A stretch of DNA of 64,000 nucleotides from Eledone cirrhosa (lineage: Eukaryota), in assembly GCA_964016885.1 (NCBI GenBank), contig OZ024741.1, forward strand, positions 229,710,001 through 229,774,000. The letters are read 5' to 3'. The notes below the pieces were generated by a model. The model was not told where the DNA came from and did no database searches. It worked only from the letters and a program-made list of their open reading frames with translations. Shown here piece after piece: positions 53,890 through 64,000 of this stretch. How positions within the stretch are numbered: position 1 is the stretch's first letter; every line of letters begins with the position of its first letter. Made by a program: the position numbers and the translations under genes.

Positions 53890-54580
53890 TATCTAACACT
53901 TTAATTGTATCTCTCTCTGTCTAACGGCCTATATCTCCCCGCAGTGTTGTCATATAGGGAGTGAAGAGCGACAGAGAGAGTAAAGCAGTTAAATTGGCCC
54001 TAGAGACCACATTTTTCAATTTAGAGAACCCCAAGTAGACCTGTCGCTTCCTCGGCACCTTTTACATTAATGTGTAAATTTTCATGACAATCAGAGCATT
54101 GGTACTACCTTATTGCCTGTATCCAGACACGACTCAGACAATTTTCGCCCATTTCACATTATTATAATAGACTAGCAGAAAACCACGCGGGGCCGGTTTT
54201 CTGCTAGTCTATATATATCTAAAACAGAGAATGTATGTCTGTCTGTCAGCTCACTAAAACTTGAGAACCATCCAACCGATTGTTTTCAAACTTTAGACAT
54301 GTAATACTTATGGTCCTGTGAGTGTATTGAGCAAAAATTATTTCAAATTTTCAATACCCTATGGACCGCATTAGGCGATTTAGCGTTCTCTCTATATAAT
54401 TCTTAGTCTTTCTTTTTAGATAGATACATAGATATAACGTTGCGCCCTTATAATATCTGTCTGTATGTCTGGCTGTCTGCATTACGTCATTATGACACGC
54501 TCAGCGCGATTCCCTCGGCCTCAGTGACCAAAGTCAGTGGAGAGAGGAAAGTAATGTTTCTGTAGCACGTGTTTTAGCGT
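53890..54580. mobile_element. Helitron-like fragments diverging from a CTAG...CTAG hairpin; mirror copy at ~60920-61610
   Basis: AGACTAGCAGAAAACC(ACGCGGGGCC)GGTTTTCTGCTAGTCT at 54169-54210, with a TCTAT-AT-rich start reading outward on each side. Confidence 0.5.
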
Positions 54581-54782
54581 CTATTCAATCTCTCTTTCTC
54601 TCCCTCTCTCCCTCCCGCTATCCCCCTCTCGTAGTCTCTCTCTTTCTTTCACTCTCACTCTCTCTCTACGCACGTGTTTCCACTGTCGGACAGACAGACA
54701 GAGAAATTGCTGGTTATATATATAAGTAGATATATATACAGATACATACATACATACATACATACATACATACATACATACA

Positions 54783-54815
<33 letters not shown>

Positions 54816-54904
54816 GCATGCATACATACATACATACATACATACATACATACATACATACATACATACATACATACATACATACATACATACATACATA
54901 CATA

Positions 54905-54957
54905 CATGATAGCCGTCCCCTCGTTATCGAGTATGGCCATTGCACGAGAAAAAAAAT

Positions 54958-55010
<53 letters not shown>

Positions 55011-55060
55011 TACATACATACATATATACATATACATACACATACACATATATTAATAAC

Positions 55061-55116
<56 letters not shown>

Positions 55117-55515
55117 CAACAATAATAATAACGACAACAACAACAATAATAATATACATATACATATATATATACACACATGCACACACATAAACATATC
55201 TATGCACACACACACACGATAGCAAGTAACGGCGCTGCGATCGAATGTGGCTTTTTAGCCCAGCCAATGATCTAAAATGTCTTGCACAGAGTCGGCAACC
55301 AAAACATTCACTGGGAATAGCCGGCTGTGGTTGGAATTCATGTACTTTTGCATGTCGCTTGAGCCCTCCTGCTGATTTACATTCTCTACCACATGCTTGG
55401 CAAGCATGATGAGTAGCATCTCCAACAGCAGCCTGGTAGTCAACCACTGGTCTTACTTTAAGACTGCGAAGATGACTTTCAAGTCCAGCTTTGCTTAGGC
55501 AGTCTCGCACAAATG
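54905..55515 (-). mobile_element. 3' end of an RTE-like LINE with three C2H2 fingers and a (TATG)n tail; mirror copy at 60122-60745 (+)
   Basis: [54 protein letters not shown]; terminal stem CTCG(ATAA)CGAG. Confidence 0.6.
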
Positions 55516-55666
55516 TTTTTGTCTATTGTCTATTAATTGTACTTATCTCTGTATATCTTGTTTTGTGTTTCTCAACTGTAATAAGTACTAGATACTTCCT
55601 AGCTCTATACAGACGTTTAAATTGATTACATAAGTAGATGAATAAATAAGTAAATAAATACATACG

Positions 55667-56014
<348 letters not shown>

Positions 56015-58328
56015 AATAACTCCAGAAAACCTCTTTGTTGAGTGCTTCTAATCTATTGTAAAACTTTATTCATTGATTAATCAATGAACCTTGTTAAACT
56101 TTTGGTTACTAAGTACCCTTAGAAATATATATATTTCCAAGGGTACTTAGTACCTCTGGTAATATTGATCTCCTTTTTATATAACTCCTATGTGTAGAGA
56201 GAAAATCCGTTGTTTACCTAGCTGGTATTTTTAGTGGCGTGATAGACAACACGTCTATGTTTACTCCCGCTTCTACTAAGGGCTTGTTCATGTATAAGTC
56301 AAGTTTACGGCCTCATTCAATTCTGCACTAGCTGGCTGAAGGCAACATATTTCGCCGCTCGTGGGACTTTACGTCCTATGTAGGGGAAAATGCTTTCTTT
56401 TGTGAGGTGAAACCGTCGGTAAAAGCAATAAGAATAGATAAATATTTAAATTATATTTTTTGAATTTATTTTGAAAAATTGTTTGAATTTTACTTGCTCC
56501 GCTTATCTATATCTATCTATCTATCTACCTATCTCGTATAGCATAGACGCGTATAACATCGGCTCCTGCCTTTTTGAATTTTTACCGATTGACAGTAAGT
56601 GTTTGTCTCTTTATTGTGTTGTCTTCGTGCCTTTTAACCACCCGGCTAGGTCTGTAGACGGGTGGTCATCGTATTTTTACCCCTTTTGGGGGTCAAAACT
56701 ACTCCAAAAAATTTTTACTGACTCATATGGTAAAAAATTGACGCCATATCTGTAGCACGTGTGGACGAAAACGCCACGCTCACTAAGGAAGAAGAGAGAA
56801 AGAAGCAAGCGGTACAAAGCGTTTTGCTTTCCCGCGTCAACGTTTTAAAAGACTTTGTAAAAGGCGATATGCTGGACAAACAATTAAATACGGGTGCAAA
56901 CCCAATTAATTACAACGAAAACACTAACAATGACAAAACCAACACACCAAATGAAAAAGACAACAACAACATAATGAAAACAACTCAAACTACGAAAAAC
57001 AAAACAACTCAAACACCAACAGCGAAAACAAAATATCTTTTGCACAGACTGCTAAAATATCAGTCACCTATGTGCTTGAGGATATAACAAATGCAAAAGA
57101 AATGCTTGAAAAAGCAAAAAAATAAGTATCTTTTGGCGAAAATGGATCTTTTTCCATCAATTCGCCTCCAGAACTAAAAAAACAGACGGAATTACGAACT
57201 GTTGTATTCCGTACAATTGCCAACAAAACAAAAAACCCAGCACAACCATCTCAAGCTGAAATTCAGTTGGTCCTGAAAGAGGCTATGAAAGACATAATTT
57301 TCATACAAAAGGATAAACTCTGCCCCCCCCCCCCCCTCCGTGAAATTTATTTTCAACGTTTTGTTCATTGGGACTTTAATCATTTGTAAATGAGGTAGTC
57401 CCACAGCAGTTAGAAAGTTAGGCCCTTCAGTTTGGACCGAAGGGTTTAACGAAATTGTGTTCATTAGTTCTTTGTTGTCTGTGTTCATGTATGTATATTG
57501 TAAAGTCTTTTTTGCGTAGCAGTTAGTGTTGTGTGACGGGGAGGGGTGGTTTGTATATAGTTTGTTTTCTCTTGGGGAGGGTTAATGTTAATAAGTGTGT
57601 CTGTGGTGCGCCTCCTCTTTCTTTTTACTATTTGGAAGGGATCTTTTTCGTCTTGCGACGAAAGGGGTTCGTCTTCCTTGTTGGGTGGGAGGGGTATATT
57701 TTCTGGTAGTGTTTGCGGTGTGTGTTTTTGTATTTGTTTTGGGTGGGGAGGGGTTGGGTGGGACAGTGTTCTGTGTTGGTTTTCACGTGTTTGTTGTTGT
57801 TGTGGTGGTGGTGTTGTTGGTTTTTGTTATTGTGGTTGTTTTTGTTGTTGTTGTTGTTGGGGTGGTGGTGGTGTTGGTTGTTTTTGATGTTGTTGGGGTG
57901 TTGGGAGCAATAGTTTTTTCGGTGTGAGCTGGGGACAGCCAGCCCTCAGGTGACCTCTATTGTCACAGAGGTAACAGGAGGGACGCCTACCCTCCACAAT
58001 AATGTTGAGGTGGGTACGGTCATCCAGCATGACGTGCTCAGGGATTTGGGCGATACGTTCTGGCCTTATTTGGGTCAGAACTTCAATGCTCATTCCACTG
58101 AACGCGTCGCCGGATACCTTCCCTATTGATATAAGGTTGTCCTCGTCTAAGTTGAGGAAACCGGTTAGTAACCACCAGTAGTTTATGTTTGGGGTGATGG
58201 TAGTTATCCAAATTCTTTGGGGTTTTTTACCCATGTAGGTTGGGAAAAAGGTGTAATGTGTGGAACGAATTGGCGACACAGAGTATTTTTTCGCCGCCAA
58301 TTCGTCTTTCATCAATATGGATAAACTT

Positions 58329-62760
<4,432 letters not shown>

Positions 62761-62783
62761 ATATATATATATGTATATATATG

Positions 62784-62816
<33 letters not shown>

Positions 62817-62851
62817 GTATATATATATGTATATATATATATGTATATATA

Positions 62852-62891
<40 letters not shown>

Positions 62892-62898
<7 letters not shown>

Positions 62899-64000
62899 GA
62901 CGTAAAATAAGAAAATTAAAAAAAAAATTAAAAATTAACTTACTAAAATTTTCACTCCAACTAATTAGTTTCTGTAATGGGATAAAGATAGTTACGTAAT
63001 ATAACCATCGAGAATTCATTACGTCATCAGGGAGTCTATTCTCAGCTAAGTCTCCAGGCAATGCGCGGACACTGTGGACTCATATATAAATAATAATAAT
63101 TCGGTGGATGGAACAGCTAGCGGGGACTGGATTCCATGCACTGAAAAAGTTCGCTGTCTCTGGTCAAATGGCAGATTCTAAAGAATCAATCACGTGACAC
63201 TGAGGCTAGTCGGAAGGAGTGGGTTGGTAAGATGACAAAAGCCTACTACCACACCAATGAATTAGTAGTGGTTTTGGCAGGTTTTTCTCAACAAATAAAT
63301 AATTTGGAGATAAATATAGAGAATTTAGTATATCTACCAACATATGCGTACAGATGTACACTAATGCTAGCAAATACATAAGTTATGTCATAGTACCTAG
63401 GTGGTTCAATGCGGGAGGATGCAGAACAATAATATGAAAGACGTAAAATAAGAAAATTTAAAAAAAAATTAAAAATTAACTTACTTACTAAAATTTTCAC
63501 TCCAACTAATTAGTTTCTGTAATGGGATAAAGATAGTTACGTAATATAACCATCGAGAATTCATTACGTCATCAGGGAGTCTATTCTCAGCTAAGTCTCC
63601 AGGCAATGCGCGGACACTGGCGACTCATATAAAAATAATAATAATTCAGTGGATGGAACAGCTAGCGGGGACTGGATTCCATGCACTGAAAAAGTTCGCT
63701 GTCTCTGGTCAAATGGCAGATTCTAAAGAATCAATCACGTGACACTGAGGCTAGTCGGAAGGAGTGGGTTGGTAAGATGACAAAAGCCTACTACCACACC
63801 AATGAATTAGTAGTGGTTTTGGCAGGTTTTTCTCAACAAATAAATAATTTGGAGATAAATATAGAGAATTTAGTATATCTACCAACATATGCGTACAGAT
63901 GTACACTAATGCTAGCAAATACATAAGTTATGTCATAGTACCTAGGTGGTTCAATGAGGGAGGATACAGAACAATAATATGAAAGACGTAAAATAAGAAA
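62892..64000. repeat. Tandem repeat, unit ~540-545 bp (two units and the start of a third)
   Basis: atgaaagacgtaaaataagaaa at ~62893, ~63434 and ~63979; units nearly identical. Confidence 0.96.

Noticed and set aside
54581-55510. 309-aa ORF with C2H2 fingers as a host zinc-finger gene
   Set aside because: No TGEKP linkers; most of the length is microsatellite read-through; the mirror copy has a stop; ends like a LINE 3' end
62892-64000. CRISPR-like or rDNA/5S array
   Set aside because: No repeat-spacer alternation and no recognisable rRNA sequence

Overview
Eukaryotic, AT-rich, microsatellite-dense DNA with no recognisable host gene; it is almost entirely transposable elements. The repeat complement suggests a cephalopod such as octopus (inference only). 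From left to right: (1) a Penelope-like element (RT + GIY-YIG) with inverted pLTRs carrying minimal hammerhead ribozymes (~1.8-7.0 kb); (2) a Helitron remnant; (3) a ~31-kb co-oriented, minus-strand array of L1/Tx1-clade LINEs inserted in (GATA)n and (TAA)n microsatellites, including one intact 1145-aa ORF2, interleaved with R4/Dong-like elements, a hAT MITE and SINEs; (4) a decayed RTE LINE, SINEs, a Tc1/mariner MITE and a solo LTR; (5) several perfect fold-back palindromes and a ~10-kb inverted duplication; (6) a ~540-bp tandem repeat running off the end. Best candidate for something new: four divergent L1/Tx1 copies each have a 51-54-nt GT...pyrimidine tract...AG segment starting inside the last ORF1 codon. 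Removing it would fuse ORF1 in frame to ORF2, i.e. a conserved putative spliceosomal micro-intron. Three GATA-type copies also share a covarying two-hairpin 5'UTR. All calls were made by eye and boundaries are approximate unless termini are quoted.
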